The notes beneath the pieces are model-generated. The model was not told where the DNA came from and made no database searches. It saw nothing but the letters and a program-made list of their open reading frames with translations. Position numbers and translations under genes: made by a program. 64,000 nt of DNA from positions 4,736-68,735 of the forward strand of contig JAYVTS010000144.1 in the NCBI GenBank assembly GCA_043788645.1, given 5' to 3'. The DNA comes from Verrucomicrobiota bacterium. Lineage in GTDB: Bacteria; Verrucomicrobiota; Verrucomicrobiia; Limisphaerales; UBA9464. Positions 1-9,125 of the stretch are shown here, in pieces. Each line of letters opens with the position of its first letter. Position 1 is the first letter of the stretch.

Positions 1-1
1 C

Positions 2-445
2 AACGCCGCCACCGCAGGAGGTGCCGCCGAGCGGCGCGTTACAGATCTAGAGGCCCAGATGAAAGAAGCGATCAAGAACGATCCGACCATCGCTGGGTTA
101 ACCAAGGAGATTCAACTGGAAAAAGGAAAGAAGGTTTTTATGGAGACTTGTTATGCCTGCCATCAACCCAATGGTGAAGGACTCCCCGACGCGTTCCCAC
201 CGCTCGCGAAGTCGGACTATTTAATGGCCGACCGGGATCGCAGCATCCGCGCCCTCATTCAAGGACTGACGGGGCCCATTGAGGTCAACGGCAAGAAATG
301 GGATAGTTCGATGCCCACGTTGGACTTTTCCGATGAACAAATCGCCAACGTCCTGACCTTCGTTCGCAACAGTTTCGGTAATCAGGGCGATCCGGTTTCC
401 CTGAGCCAGGTCCGGCAGGTGCGATCACAATTGCCGCCCCCATGA
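2..445 (+). CDS. Class I c-type cytochrome domain, probably the C-terminal domain of a larger redox protein that starts upstream of the window
   Basis: Heme motif CYACH, a distal Met in KKWDSSMP and the tail ANVLTFVRNSFGN. There is no signal peptide after the ATG at 59. The frame stays open back to nt 2, so the gene is most likely cut by the window edge. Confidence 0.7.
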   Translation, partial: NAATAGGAAERRVTDLEAQMKEAIKNDPTIAGLTKEIQLEKGKKVFMETCYACHQPNGEGLPDAFPPLAKSDYLMADRDRSIRALIQGLTGPIEVNGKKWDSSMPTLDFSDEQIANVLTFVRNSFGNQGDPVSLSQVRQVRSQLPPP

Positions 446-1257
446 GACCCGCACCGTTCCTGCTTAGGCCGAATCTCGGGTGGGGCGGGCTAGTAATTCT
501 ATCCGGGCTGCTCGGTCGCGCCGCCCCCACCACGAATCAGGCCCCTGATTTGGTTTGGGTCCCGGACGGTCTCTACCGGCCTCTTTTTCGTGCGGATTCT
601 GATCCCAAAGAAATCCCGGTGCCCGGCTTCTGGATCGAGACTCGACCCGTCACCGAAGGCCAGTACCTCCACTTCGTCCGTACCACTGCGACATGGCGGC
701 GATCCCGAGTCCGAACACTCTTCGCCGACTCGGGCTATTTGAAACATTGGTCCTCGGATCTCGACCCGGGGACCAACCTGCCCGCTTGGACGGACCGCCC
801 GGTGGTCAATATTTCCTGGTTCGCGGCCAAAGCCTATGCGTCCTCACAGGGTCGCCGCTTGCCCACGACCGCCGAATGGGAACGAGTCGCCGCGGCCGGT
901 TTCACGATCCTCAACGGCGCCGCGGACGTCGCCTTCCAACGTGCGGTCGCCCAGTGGTATGGATCACCCAGTCCACCACAACTCGCGCCCGTCGCCTCCC
1001 ATCGGGCGAACTATTACGGAATCTATGATCTCCACGGATTGGTCTGGGAATGGACCAGTGATTTTAATGCTGCTCTAGGCGTCGGCGATGCGCGCAGTGA
1101 CACCGGCTTAGAGCGGCAACTCTTCTGCGGCGCGGGTTCTCTCGGAGCCACGGATCGGGCTAACTATCCAGCTTATATGAGAGAGGGTTTTCGCAGCAGT
1201 CTTAAAGCCGCTTATACGATTAATAATCTCGGCTTCCGTTGTGCGTTGTCTCCATGA
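442..1257 (+). CDS. Formylglycine-generating enzyme family protein (SUMF1/FGE-sulfatase domain, NirV-like)
   Basis: Motifs NISWFAAKAYASSQGRRLPTTAEWE, GIYDLHGLVWEWTSDF and NLGFRCA. The start ATG overlaps the upstream TGA as ATGA at 442-445. Confidence 0.85.
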   Translation: MRPAPFLLRPNLGWGGLVILSGLLGRAAPTTNQAPDLVWVPDGLYRPLFRADSDPKEIPVPGFWIETRPVTEGQYLHFVRTTATWRRSRVRTLFADSGYLKHWSSDLDPGTNLPAWTDRPVVNISWFAAKAYASSQGRRLPTTAEWERVAAAGFTILNGAADVAFQRAVAQWYGSPSPPQLAPVASHRANYYGIYDLHGLVWEWTSDFNAALGVGDARSDTGLERQLFCGAGSLGATDRANYPAYMREGFRSSLKAAYTINNLGFRCALSP

Positions 1258-1904
1258 ACTCTTCCCACTTCGGCCCAGTGCTCGGCTTCGTCCTGCTCGC
1301 TCTGAATCTCCGAGCGGAAGCTCCCCGAGTCCCCCTCGCGATCCGGGGCACCCACTTGCCCGTAGAAACCAATCCGCCGTGCTGTCGCCGCGAACTCCCC
1401 TCGACCCCTCCGTCTGAAAAGTCCCTCTATCAGCTTGATTCCACCTGGACTTCCGATGTGGGGCGGCGCGTCCGACTCGGTGTTTTCCAAGGGCGGGTGC
1501 AAGTCCTGACGATGTTTTTCACGCATTGTGAGTACGCGTGTCCGCTGATTATCCGCGATCTAAAACGGATCCAATCGGGCCTGCCTGAGGTGGTTCGGTC
1601 GAATGTTGACTTCATCCTGGTCAGCCTTGATCCCGAACGCGACACCCCTTTCGTGCTCCATGCCTATCGCCAAAAAGCGGAACTCGGCAACGACCACTGG
1701 ACCCTCTTAACGGGACAAGCTGATGACGTCCGTGAACTCGCGGTCTTGCTGGGGGTGAACTATCGCCGAGATGCCCGCGGGCAATTCGCCCATTCAAGCG
1801 TCATCACGGTATTAAACACGGCCGGAGAAATTGCCCACCAACAGGCCGGTCTCAACCACGCCCCGGAAGAAACCGTGGCCGCCATCATTCAACTTCTGCG
1901 GTGA
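1254..1904 (+). CDS. SCO1/SenC family copper chaperone (thioredoxin-like)
   Basis: CEYACP (CxxxC) copper motif plus a downstream His in QFAHSSV. ATG 1254 overlaps the upstream TGA (ATGA) and yields the signal peptide MNSSHFGPVLGFVLLALNLRAEA. The ORF track starts 15 nt earlier at 1239. Confidence 0.85.
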   Translation: MNSSHFGPVLGFVLLALNLRAEAPRVPLAIRGTHLPVETNPPCCRRELPSTPPSEKSLYQLDSTWTSDVGRRVRLGVFQGRVQVLTMFFTHCEYACPLIIRDLKRIQSGLPEVVRSNVDFILVSLDPERDTPFVLHAYRQKAELGNDHWTLLTGQADDVRELAVLLGVNYRRDARGQFAHSSVITVLNTAGEIAHQQAGLNHAPEETVAAIIQLLR

Positions 1905-1996
1905 ACCGCTGAATGAAAGCTTGCACTCGTTTTTTTCGGTTCAGAGGGATCGGGTGGTATCGCTTGAAACGGATCGTTGCCTGGTCGGCAGTCGGA

Positions 1997-2716
1997 TCAT
2001 TCTCCGAGATTTCGGTCAAGAACCGCGGCCAATTTGGCAGGACAAACCACGATGAGAACTTTGCCTTTGACATCGATCAGCCCTTGGTCACGAAACCGGG
2101 CGAGTGTGCGCGAAAACGTCTCGCTGACGGTACCCAGTTCGCCCGCCAGCATGCGCTTGGTCATGGTGAGCACGATTTTGACTGGCTGGTAACTGGTCGG
2201 GTCCGGGCAGCGTTTCAATAACCAATTGGCGAGACGGGTTTCGACGTCCTTCAGGGTCAGGTCTTCCAGTTGAGCCACCAGAATGCGCAGGTGAGCACTC
2301 ATCGATCCCAGCATCCGCAAAGCCAATTCCGGTTGGCGTTTCAACAAGGCCAAGATGCCGACTTTCTGCACCAGAAGCACCTGAGACTCTTCCACCGCCC
2401 GGGCGTCCGCCGGATAGCCGTGGTCCGTGGCCAAAGTCCCTTCCGCAAACGATTCCCCGGCGCGGAAAACGTGAATGACCTGTTCCTTCCCACCCGCATT
2501 GACGCGATGTAGGTTGATCGAGCCGGTTTGAATGATGTAGAAACCGAACGAGGGATCGCCTTCGTGGAAGAGGTAGCCACCCTTGGCCACTCGTTTGATC
2601 GAGGTGATTTCCACGATCACTTTTAGTTCCACTGCCGAAATCCCCGCGAAGAGTTGGCAACTGCGCAAGGTGTTCGTGATTCCGGTCTGCCTGAACTCGG
2701 TCAGCGTATGCGACAT
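1997..2716 (-). CDS. Crp/Fnr family transcriptional regulator
   Basis: N-terminal cNMP-binding-like beta-roll (GGYLFHEGDPSFGFYIIQTGSINL) and C-terminal HTH (MTKRMLAGELGTVSETFSRTLARFRDQGLI). No N-terminal Cys cluster, so it is not a classical [4Fe-4S] FNR. Confidence 0.9.
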   Translation of the reverse strand: MSHTLTEFRQTGITNTLRSCQLFAGISAVELKVIVEITSIKRVAKGGYLFHEGDPSFGFYIIQTGSINLHRVNAGGKEQVIHVFRAGESFAEGTLATDHGYPADARAVEESQVLLVQKVGILALLKRQPELALRMLGSMSAHLRILVAQLEDLTLKDVETRLANWLLKRCPDPTSYQPVKIVLTMTKRMLAGELGTVSETFSRTLARFRDQGLIDVKGKVLIVVCPAKLAAVLDRNLGE

Positions 2717-2729
2717 GAGAACGGCTGCG

Positions 2730-2978
2730 TTAGTCCGTTTCGCGCCAGAAGTAAATGATCCAGGTGTTGCGTTCGCCGCGCTCGATCTTTGACTTTAATC
2801 CCAGGCCGACGAGTCGTTCGATCAGGGGCGAGGGCAGGAACGGCGCAATAATGATCAGGCCCTCTCCCGTTTTGAGCGACTGGCTGCGAGTTAATATCGC
2901 TGACAAGGGTTCCTCCCCGCACTGCAGCAGCGGACGCACGTCAAATCGTTTGAATTTTGAGAGTGGAGGCATCGGCAC
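2730..2978 (-). CDS. DUF2249 domain-containing protein
   Basis: An 82-aa protein matching the DUF2249 pattern FDVRPL..EEPL..I......L..GEGL.....F.PSPL...L...G. It lies 14 nt upstream of the Crp/Fnr gene on the same strand. Confidence 0.7.
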   Translation of the reverse strand: MPMPPLSKFKRFDVRPLLQCGEEPLSAILTRSQSLKTGEGLIIIAPFLPSPLIERLVGLGLKSKIERGERNTWIIYFWRETD

Positions 2979-3013
2979 GATCTCGAGTCTGCTTGATACC
3001 CTTCCACCGTGCC

Positions 3014-3027
3014 TTGATGCAAGTCAA
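3014..3027. promoter_or_regulatory. Candidate Crp/Fnr-type operator TTGAT-GCAA-GTCAA
   Basis: A near-palindromic TTGATgcaaGTCAA sits in the 75-nt divergent gap between the DUF2249-crp operon (start 2978) and the TPR ORF (3053). It matches the FNR/DNR-class half-site spacing TTGAT-N4-(A/G)TCAA. Confidence 0.45.
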
Positions 3028-3179
3028 AGTAGCATAGGGTTTCTGGCAGGCAGTGCGCTGGGTGCGCCAGGCCAATGTCCTCCTCCTCGCAGGCGATTTG
3101 AATGAAGCGATTAAAACCATCAGAATCGCTTTAAGGTTGGCACCCCAACACCCTAGACCTACTCCGATGCCTGGCGCAG

Positions 3180-3506
3180 GTGGGTTCGGCGGCGAAAGTG
3201 CCTCAGGCGGTGAGCTATTGGAAAATGCTCGCGCAGGCATCCTCGCTAACGCTGGAAGATCATCACCAGTTTGTGAATGCGGCCTTGGAGTCCGGCCAGT
3301 TTCAGATCGCTGAGGAACAATTGCTCGCGCTTAGAAAACTAGATCCCGGGAACCGTGAAACTCGCGTCCAGATTCTGCGGAGCTTGGAGCTTCAGAATCG
3401 ATTCGACGAGGCGATTCTGCTGGCCCGGGAATCGCTGGCCCTGGCCCCCGCCGAACCGCGGTCGCACTTCAGCCTCGCCACCCTGTTGAGTCGAAGCGTG
3501 GAATAG
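3180..3506 (+). CDS. Tetratricopeptide-repeat protein, possibly the 3' part of a frame-shifted 3053..3506 gene
   Basis: TPR-like helices (AEEQLLALRKLDPGN, FDEAILLARESLALAPAEP). An upstream ORF in another frame (3053..) also reads as TPR (GDLNEAIKTIRIALRLAPQHP). Confidence 0.5.
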   Translation: MGSAAKVPQAVSYWKMLAQASSLTLEDHHQFVNAALESGQFQIAEEQLLALRKLDPGNRETRVQILRSLELQNRFDEAILLARESLALAPAEPRSHFSLATLLSRSVE

Positions 3507-3519
3507 AATTCTGCATTTT

Positions 3520-4236
3520 ATGAAAAAAAGTTTTATTAGGATTGCTCTGCTGGCCGCCGCGACGACGGCCCTGCGGGCAGATGTGCATTACTCATTCAAT
3601 TTCGATTCGGTCGCCCCCGGCAGCCCGGCGAGTTTGTTTGATTCCGATCCCCTAAGCACCGCCTACGCGGTCTTCGCGCCGGACGTGGATGGGTTTGGCT
3701 CGGACATTCCGGGAACGGATCGGTGGCGGCCCGACCCTTCTGCTCCACCGGTAACCGTGGACAACCCCACTCCTTTCGGTAGTTCGACCACGTCGAATCC
3801 GAATGCATTGAACGCAAAATTTCAACCGGTGCTCCTGAGCTTGGCTGTACCTCTGAGCCACATCAGGTTTTCGATCCGACTTGATGGCGACCCCTTTGGC
3901 GATTCAGCGGCCCGGGTGCTCCTGCTGGAGTCGGGGCGGTATGGCCGCATCGTTTTACCGAACCCAGGCGTCCCTATCGTCTTGGAGTCTCGGGAGAAGG
4001 GCGCCGGTCCAGTGAGCGAAACGGCCGATCCGGCTTCCCGGGCGGTCGCTTTCCATTGTTTCCCAACCGATCATGGGGCGATTTGCCGCAGAGTAGGGAA
4101 GGCGAGACTGGGAGAGTGGAGTTCAACAGACCATCGTGGTCAGTCTCCGATCCCAGTCCCGCCCTTCCATCGCCCCGACCGTTCTATCCGTACCCGCTTG
4201 AGGTTCGGCCTTGCAGCCTCATCCCTCGTAAGGTGA
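3520..4236 (+). CDS. Hypothetical secreted protein
   Basis: Clear signal peptide MKKSFIRIALLAAATTALRA. I recognise no family. The last ~60 residues are R/P/S-rich and may not be genuine coding sequence. Confidence 0.5.
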   Translation: MKKSFIRIALLAAATTALRADVHYSFNFDSVAPGSPASLFDSDPLSTAYAVFAPDVDGFGSDIPGTDRWRPDPSAPPVTVDNPTPFGSSTTSNPNALNAKFQPVLLSLAVPLSHIRFSIRLDGDPFGDSAARVLLLESGRYGRIVLPNPGVPIVLESREKGAGPVSETADPASRAVAFHCFPTDHGAICRRVGKARLGEWSSTDHRGQSPIPVPPFHRPDRSIRTRLRFGLAASSLVR

Positions 4237-4700
4237 TTCGGTCGTGAATCGTCTAACTCGACCGACGGGACTTTCACCCGCGAACACACCCACTTCACTG
4301 GCGCACACCGCAGTTGCCAGTTTTTGCCCCATAAAAGCTTTGCCTGTTGTAATCATATCCTGCCAGTTGCCACCAAAAATCAACAAACCAATAATAGCGA
4401 AAACGTGAATTACCGGCATGTACTGATCAGTAATCGCTTTTAACGCTCCACAAGAAATGAGCGGCGAGAAAAGCTGTTCCAGCAGGTAGCGGTTCTGCTT
4501 GAGCAACAGTCCAAAAAATTTCCGCACGTCCATGGCTCACGAGGTCCATCTCCAGTGCGCCGCCGACGAACATTCGGGGGATTCATCATCGACGGCGGCA
4601 CAGAGGCCGCGTCCACCTCCCGCAAGGCCTCGCAGATACGAGGGTCGCTCAATTCTACGACGCCATTTTTGACCTCGCCTCGACACGGTTGAGTTCCCCC
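4219..4700 (-). pseudogene. Possible decayed nucleotidyltransferase-like gene remnant
   Basis: The fragment DVRKFFGLLLKQNRYLLEQLFSPL resembles the conserved helix of DNA-polymerase-beta-superfamily (RlaP-like) nucleotidyltransferases. The sensible reading jumps between three frames around 4530-4600, and no intact start-to-stop gene remains. Confidence 0.25.
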
Positions 4701-4715
4701 GGCAAGCTGTGACTT

Positions 4716-5558
4716 GTGAATTCCGCGCCCACCCCCGGTGCCCGCTTTCGCTTCGCTCTCGAACAAGAGCGCCCGCTGCAAATCGCCGGGGCCATCAACG
4801 CGTACGCCGCCCTGCTGGCTCAGCGGGTCGGTTTTCGCGCGCTCTATCTTTCCGGCGCCGGGGTCGCCAACCATTCGTACGGGATTCCCGACACCGGCGA
4901 GACCGGGTTGGCCGATGTGCGGGCGGATGTCGGGCGAATATCCGCTCGTGTAGCGCTGCCCCTTTTAGTCGATATCGACACCGGCTGGGGCAATCCAGCC
5001 CAGGCCGTCCGCGAGCTGGCCACGGCGGGTGCCGCCGCGGTTCATCTCGAAGATCAAGTTCCAACCAAGCTCTGCGGCCATCTCCCGGGAAAACAGCTTG
5101 TTTCCGTGGACGAAATGGTCCAGCGCGTAAAAGCTGCCGTCGCTGGCAAACCGAATCGCGACTTCGTCGTCATGGCCCGCACCGATGCCGCCGCCAACGA
5201 GGGCGTGCCCGCCGCCATCGTCCGTGCCCAAGCCTACGTCGCTGCCGGGGCCGACATGATTTTCGCCGAGGCGCTCCACTCACTCGACGACTACCAGGAA
5301 TTCACGGCGGCCGTGAAGGTTCCGGTCCTCGCTAACCTCACCGAGTTTGGCCAGACCCCTTATTTCACGCTCGAGGAACTCCGCGCCGCCAGGATTGCCA
5401 TGGTGCTCTATCCGCTCTCCGCCTCGCGCGCCGCCGCCGCCGCGTCGCTCGAAGTTTACCACGCCATTCGCCGGGACGGCACCCAGAAGTCCGTTGTCCC
5501 CAAAATGCAAACCCGCGCCGAACTCTACGATATCCTCGGCTACCCACAGAAAACTTAG
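4716..5558 (+). CDS. prpB: Methylisocitrate lyase
   Basis: ICL/PEP-mutase family: PLLVDIDTGWGN, HLEDQVPTKLCGHLPGK (the K.CGH catalytic loop) and ARTDA. It is followed by prpC and prpD. Confidence 0.92.
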   Translation: MNSAPTPGARFRFALEQERPLQIAGAINAYAALLAQRVGFRALYLSGAGVANHSYGIPDTGETGLADVRADVGRISARVALPLLVDIDTGWGNPAQAVRELATAGAAAVHLEDQVPTKLCGHLPGKQLVSVDEMVQRVKAAVAGKPNRDFVVMARTDAAANEGVPAAIVRAQAYVAAGADMIFAEALHSLDDYQEFTAAVKVPVLANLTEFGQTPYFTLEELRAARIAMVLYPLSASRAAAAASLEVYHAIRRDGTQKSVVPKMQTRAELYDILGYPQKT

Positions 5559-5641
5559 CCGCCACTCCAGACTTCTGAGAGTTTGATCGCGAATGACCGC
5601 TGAAGATGGACGATGCCTGAAACCGGTTTGAGCCCATCACC

Positions 5642-6829
5642 ATGATCGGTGGCCAAAGAAAAAATCCGATGAACCCTGTTCCCAAAAAATCCGTGGCCCT
5701 CTCGGGCGTCCTTGCGGGCCAAACCGCCATCTGCACGGTCGGTCACTCGGGCAACGATCTGCATTACCGTGGCTACGACATCACCGAACTCGCCGACAGG
5801 GCAACCTTCGAGGAAGTCGCCTACCTGCTCATCCACGAGCACCTGCCCTCGGGAGCCGAACTCGCGGATTACCACCGTCGCCTACAATTGCTTCGCGGGC
5901 TGCCCGCGCCGCTGCGCGGGGTGCTGGAACAGATTCCCGCGGACGCGCATCCGATGGATGTCCTGCGAACGGGATGCTCCATGCTGGGCACCCTCGAGCC
6001 TGAAAATCTACCCGCCTCCGGACCCAACGCCAACAGCGTGCCGGGAGCCCGCCGCCTCGGCGACCGGCTCCTCGCCTGCTTTCCCTCAATGCTGCTGTAC
6101 TGGTATCATTACTCAAACGGGAAGCGGCGCATCGAGGTTGAGACGGCCGCGCCGTCCCTCGCGGCGCATTTCCTGGAGCTCCTGCACCAGCGCCTGCCCT
6201 CGGAGGCACAAGTTCATGCGCTCGATCAATCGTTCATTCTCTACGCGGAGCACGAGTTCAACGCCTCCACCTTCACCTGCCGCGTCATTGCCGGGACCGG
6301 TGCCGATTTCTACTCCGCCGTTACCGGTGGCATTGGCGCTCTGCGGGGCCCGAAACACGGCGGAGCCAACGAGGTCGCCCTGGAGATTGCCCTGCGGTAC
6401 GCGTCACCTGACGAAGCCGAGACCGACCTGCGCGCCCGCCTCGCCCGCAAGGAAATCGTCATCGGCTTCGGCCACCCGGTTTATACCATTGCCGACCCGC
6501 GCAGCCCGATCATCAAAGAAAACGCGCGGAAACTCTGCGCCGACGGCGGCAACCCCAACCTCTTTGCCGTCTGCGAGCGGATTGAGCAGGTCCTGTGGGA
6601 ACAGAAGAAACTGTTCCCCAATCTGGATTGGTATAGCGCGCCCGCCTATCACCAGCTCGGGGTGCCGGTGAAAATCTTCACGCCGCTATTCGTGTTTGCC
6701 CGGATTGCGGGCTGGACCGCCCACCTCATCGAACAGCGGCTCGATAACAAAATCATTCGCCCAGGCGCCCAATACATCGGTCCGGCCAACCGTCCCGTCC
6801 CGCCCCTCAACCAACGCGCTCCGGCCTGA
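5642..6829 (+). CDS. prpC: 2-methylcitrate synthase (citrate synthase family)
   Basis: [42 protein letters not shown] and [14 protein letters not shown]. An alternative ATG at 5669 is equally plausible. Confidence 0.92.
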   Translation: MIGGQRKNPMNPVPKKSVALSGVLAGQTAICTVGHSGNDLHYRGYDITELADRATFEEVAYLLIHEHLPSGAELADYHRRLQLLRGLPAPLRGVLEQIPADAHPMDVLRTGCSMLGTLEPENLPASGPNANSVPGARRLGDRLLACFPSMLLYWYHYSNGKRRIEVETAAPSLAAHFLELLHQRLPSEAQVHALDQSFILYAEHEFNASTFTCRVIAGTGADFYSAVTGGIGALRGPKHGGANEVALEIALRYASPDEAETDLRARLARKEIVIGFGHPVYTIADPRSPIIKENARKLCADGGNPNLFAVCERIEQVLWEQKKLFPNLDWYSAPAYHQLGVPVKIFTPLFVFARIAGWTAHLIEQRLDNKIIRPGAQYIGPANRPVPPLNQRAPA

Positions 6830-8322
6830 TGTCCGCGCCCATTTCCAACGTTCGCCCGGCACCGGACCGGCTCCTTGTCGAGCTCGCCGATTACGCGTTG
6901 AACGCGTCCATCACCAGCGACGAGGCGCTTGATACCGCGGCCCACTGTCTGCTCGATACGTTGGGCTGCGGCATCATGGCGCTGCAATACCCGGCGTGTA
7001 CGAAGCTCCTGGGTCCGATCGTACCCGGGCTCACCATGACCTTCGGCGCGCGCGTGCCCGGGACCCGCTTTGAACTCGATCCCGTTTGCGCGGCCTTCAA
7101 CCTCGGCACGATGATCCGTTGGCTCGACTTCAACGACACTTGGCTCGCCTCGGAGTGGGGCCATCCCTCCGATAACCTCGGCGCCATCCTCGCCACCGCC
7201 GACTGGCTTTCCCGCCACCACGCCGCCCACGTCACCCCTTCCGCTTTTCAAACACTACTCGTCCCACGTTCCTCACCGCTCACCCTCCGTGACGTGCTCG
7301 TCGCCATGGTGAAGGCGCACGAGATCCAGGGCGTGCTCGCCCTCGAAAACTCCTTCAACCGCGTCGGGCTGGACCACGTCTTACTGGTGCGGGTGGCGTC
7401 CACCGCCGTAGTCACCGCCCTGCTCGGTGGCACCCACGAACACATGACCAACGCCATCTCCCACGCCTGGCTCGATGGATCTGCGCTCCGAACGTATCGG
7501 CACGCCCCCAATACTGGCTCGCGCAAATCCTGGGCTGCTGGCGACGCCACCAGCCGCGCCGTCCGCCTCGCGTTGATCGCCATGACCGGCGAAATAGGCT
7601 ACCCTTCCGCGCTCACCGCCCAGACCTGGGGCTTCCAGGACGTCTCCTTTAAGAGCCTCCCCGTCCGACTCGCCCGCCCTTTGGGCAGTTATGTGATGGA
7701 ACACGTCCTTTTCAAACTCGCCTTTCCCGCCGAGTTCCATGCCCAGACGGCCGTCGAATGCGCCGTTCAGCTTCATCCGTTCGTGAAAAACCGACTGCGC
7801 GAAATCGAGCGCATTGAGCTCACCACTCACGAGTCCGCGCTCCGAATCATTAATAAAACCGGCCCGCTGTACAATCCCGCCGACCGCGACCACTGTCTCC
7901 AATACATGACCGCGATCGGTCTTATCTTCGGCACTCTCACCGCGCAACATTACGAGGACCCAGTGGCCGCTGACCCGCGCATCGACGCCCTGCGTGCCCG
8001 CATGGTTGTCGCCGAGAATCCGCAATATTCCCAAGATTATCTCGATCCCGCCCGACGCTCCATCGCGAACGCCGTGCAGATCTTTTTTAAGGACGGCTCC
8101 AAAACCGAAAAAATCGCGATCGAATACCCCCTCGGTCACCCGCGGCGCCGGACGGAAGGCCTCCCGATACTCCAGCAAAAAGCCGCCGGCGCTTTCGCCG
8201 CCCACTACGGCCTCGACCAATCGGCCCGACTCCTGTCACTCTTCGCCGACCGCACGGCCCTCGAAGCGATGCCGGTGCATGAGTTCATGTCGCACTTCGA
8301 CCCCGCTTCCTCGATCCGATGA
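6829..8322 (+). CDS. prpD: 2-methylcitrate dehydratase (MmgE/PrpD family)
   Basis: A full-length 497-aa MmgE/PrpD-type protein. Its ATG shares one nucleotide with the prpC stop (TGATG). Confidence 0.9.
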   Translation: MSAPISNVRPAPDRLLVELADYALNASITSDEALDTAAHCLLDTLGCGIMALQYPACTKLLGPIVPGLTMTFGARVPGTRFELDPVCAAFNLGTMIRWLDFNDTWLASEWGHPSDNLGAILATADWLSRHHAAHVTPSAFQTLLVPRSSPLTLRDVLVAMVKAHEIQGVLALENSFNRVGLDHVLLVRVASTAVVTALLGGTHEHMTNAISHAWLDGSALRTYRHAPNTGSRKSWAAGDATSRAVRLALIAMTGEIGYPSALTAQTWGFQDVSFKSLPVRLARPLGSYVMEHVLFKLAFPAEFHAQTAVECAVQLHPFVKNRLREIERIELTTHESALRIINKTGPLYNPADRDHCLQYMTAIGLIFGTLTAQHYEDPVAADPRIDALRARMVVAENPQYSQDYLDPARRSIANAVQIFFKDGSKTEKIAIEYPLGHPRRRTEGLPILQQKAAGAFAAHYGLDQSARLLSLFADRTALEAMPVHEFMSHFDPASSIR

Positions 8323-8494
8323 ATGGCAGCCAGGACGAGTATTGATTTCTGTCTTAGTTGCCGTATCGCTCGACGACAATTTTCAAGGCTGCTATCAACA
8401 AGGGACAGGAAAGTTAAATAATATAGAATATTGGTGTCCTGCCCATGAACCTCTCCCCCCAAGAGAGGGAACCGGACGACGACGGGCGACCGGT

Positions 8495-8670
8495 GTTAAT
8501 ACGACCCGCTGAAATAATTAGACCTTGCTGCGGTTGATCCCGTCAAAAGCACGGGACACAACTGCGGTCCCTAAGCGGAAGTATTGAACCGCGGATGCAC
8601 ACGGATGCACACGGATGGGGAGCGTTTGGGGGTTTTCTTATCCGCGTTCATCGGCGTTCATCCGCGGTTC
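8495..8670. repeat. Tandem unit 1 of a ~225-bp duplication; carries an inner hairpin and the GAACCGCGGATG...CATCCGCGGTTC inverted-repeat element (8586..8670)
   Basis: The unit gttaa.ac.acccgctgaaata...ctgcggttgatcccgtcaaaagcacgggacacaac.gcggtcc.taagcggaagtattgaaccgcggatgcacacggatgcaca.ggatgggg...cttatccgcgttcatcggcgttcatccgcggttc recurs almost identically at 8720. Confidence 0.9.
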
Positions 8671-8719
8671 TCTTCGAGTGCAGGGAGAGTAGGAAATCGG
8701 TGTGCAACGGATAGGCTGC

Positions 8720-8896
8720 GTTAAGACAACCCGCTGAAATAGGTGGACGTTTCTGCGGTTGATCCCGTCAAAAGCACGGGACACAACCGCGGTCCGTAAG
8801 CGGAAGTATTGAACCGCGGATGCACACGGATGCACATGGATGGGGAGAGTTTTTTTGGGGTTCTTATCCGCGTTCATCGGCGTTCATCCGCGGTTC
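8720..8896. repeat. Tandem unit 2 of the same duplication (inverted-repeat element at 8811..8896)
   Basis: Near-identical to 8495..8670, with a few substitutions and a small indel in the loop (gagcgtttgggggttttc versus gagagtttttttggggttc). Confidence 0.9.
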
Positions 8897-9125
8897 CATT
8901 TTAGCTTCAGAAAGACTCGCTCCGAGAGAACATCGGGTGAACCGATGTTGAATTGTTGAATTTTCGATTCCCGCTTAGCACGGATATCTGATACTCTTTG
9001 GTCCAGAGACGTAGCGAGTCGTAGCAGAAAGAGTATGAACTATCCGGGCTAGGGCCTCCTCCAGACTACAAAGGACTGTGCTAAGAGCGAAATTGGGCAG
9101 CCCTCAATAGAAACCGATCAAAACG

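Noticed and set aside
35-47. A third copy of CGCGTTACAGATC at the window start could be a regulatory site for the cytochrome c gene.
   Set aside because: It lies inside the open reading frame that continues to nt 2. The domain has no signal peptide of its own, so the ATG at 59 is probably internal. The second block of the element (CGCCCGCATCAAAAA) is absent. I noted it under the leader-element finding but did not call it as a feature.
8495-8896. The repeat units could be a CRISPR array.
   Set aside because: There are only two units of ~176 bp with a 49-bp spacer. The units are internally structured and far longer than CRISPR repeats, and there are no cas genes in the window.
9040-9056. A 17-nt exact match, ctatccgggctagggcc, is shared with 30497-30513.
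   Set aside because: A single 17-mer coincidence between two positions in 64 kb (both strands) is not far from chance. The second copy spans the stop codon of the RDD gene, and no flanking similarity extends it.
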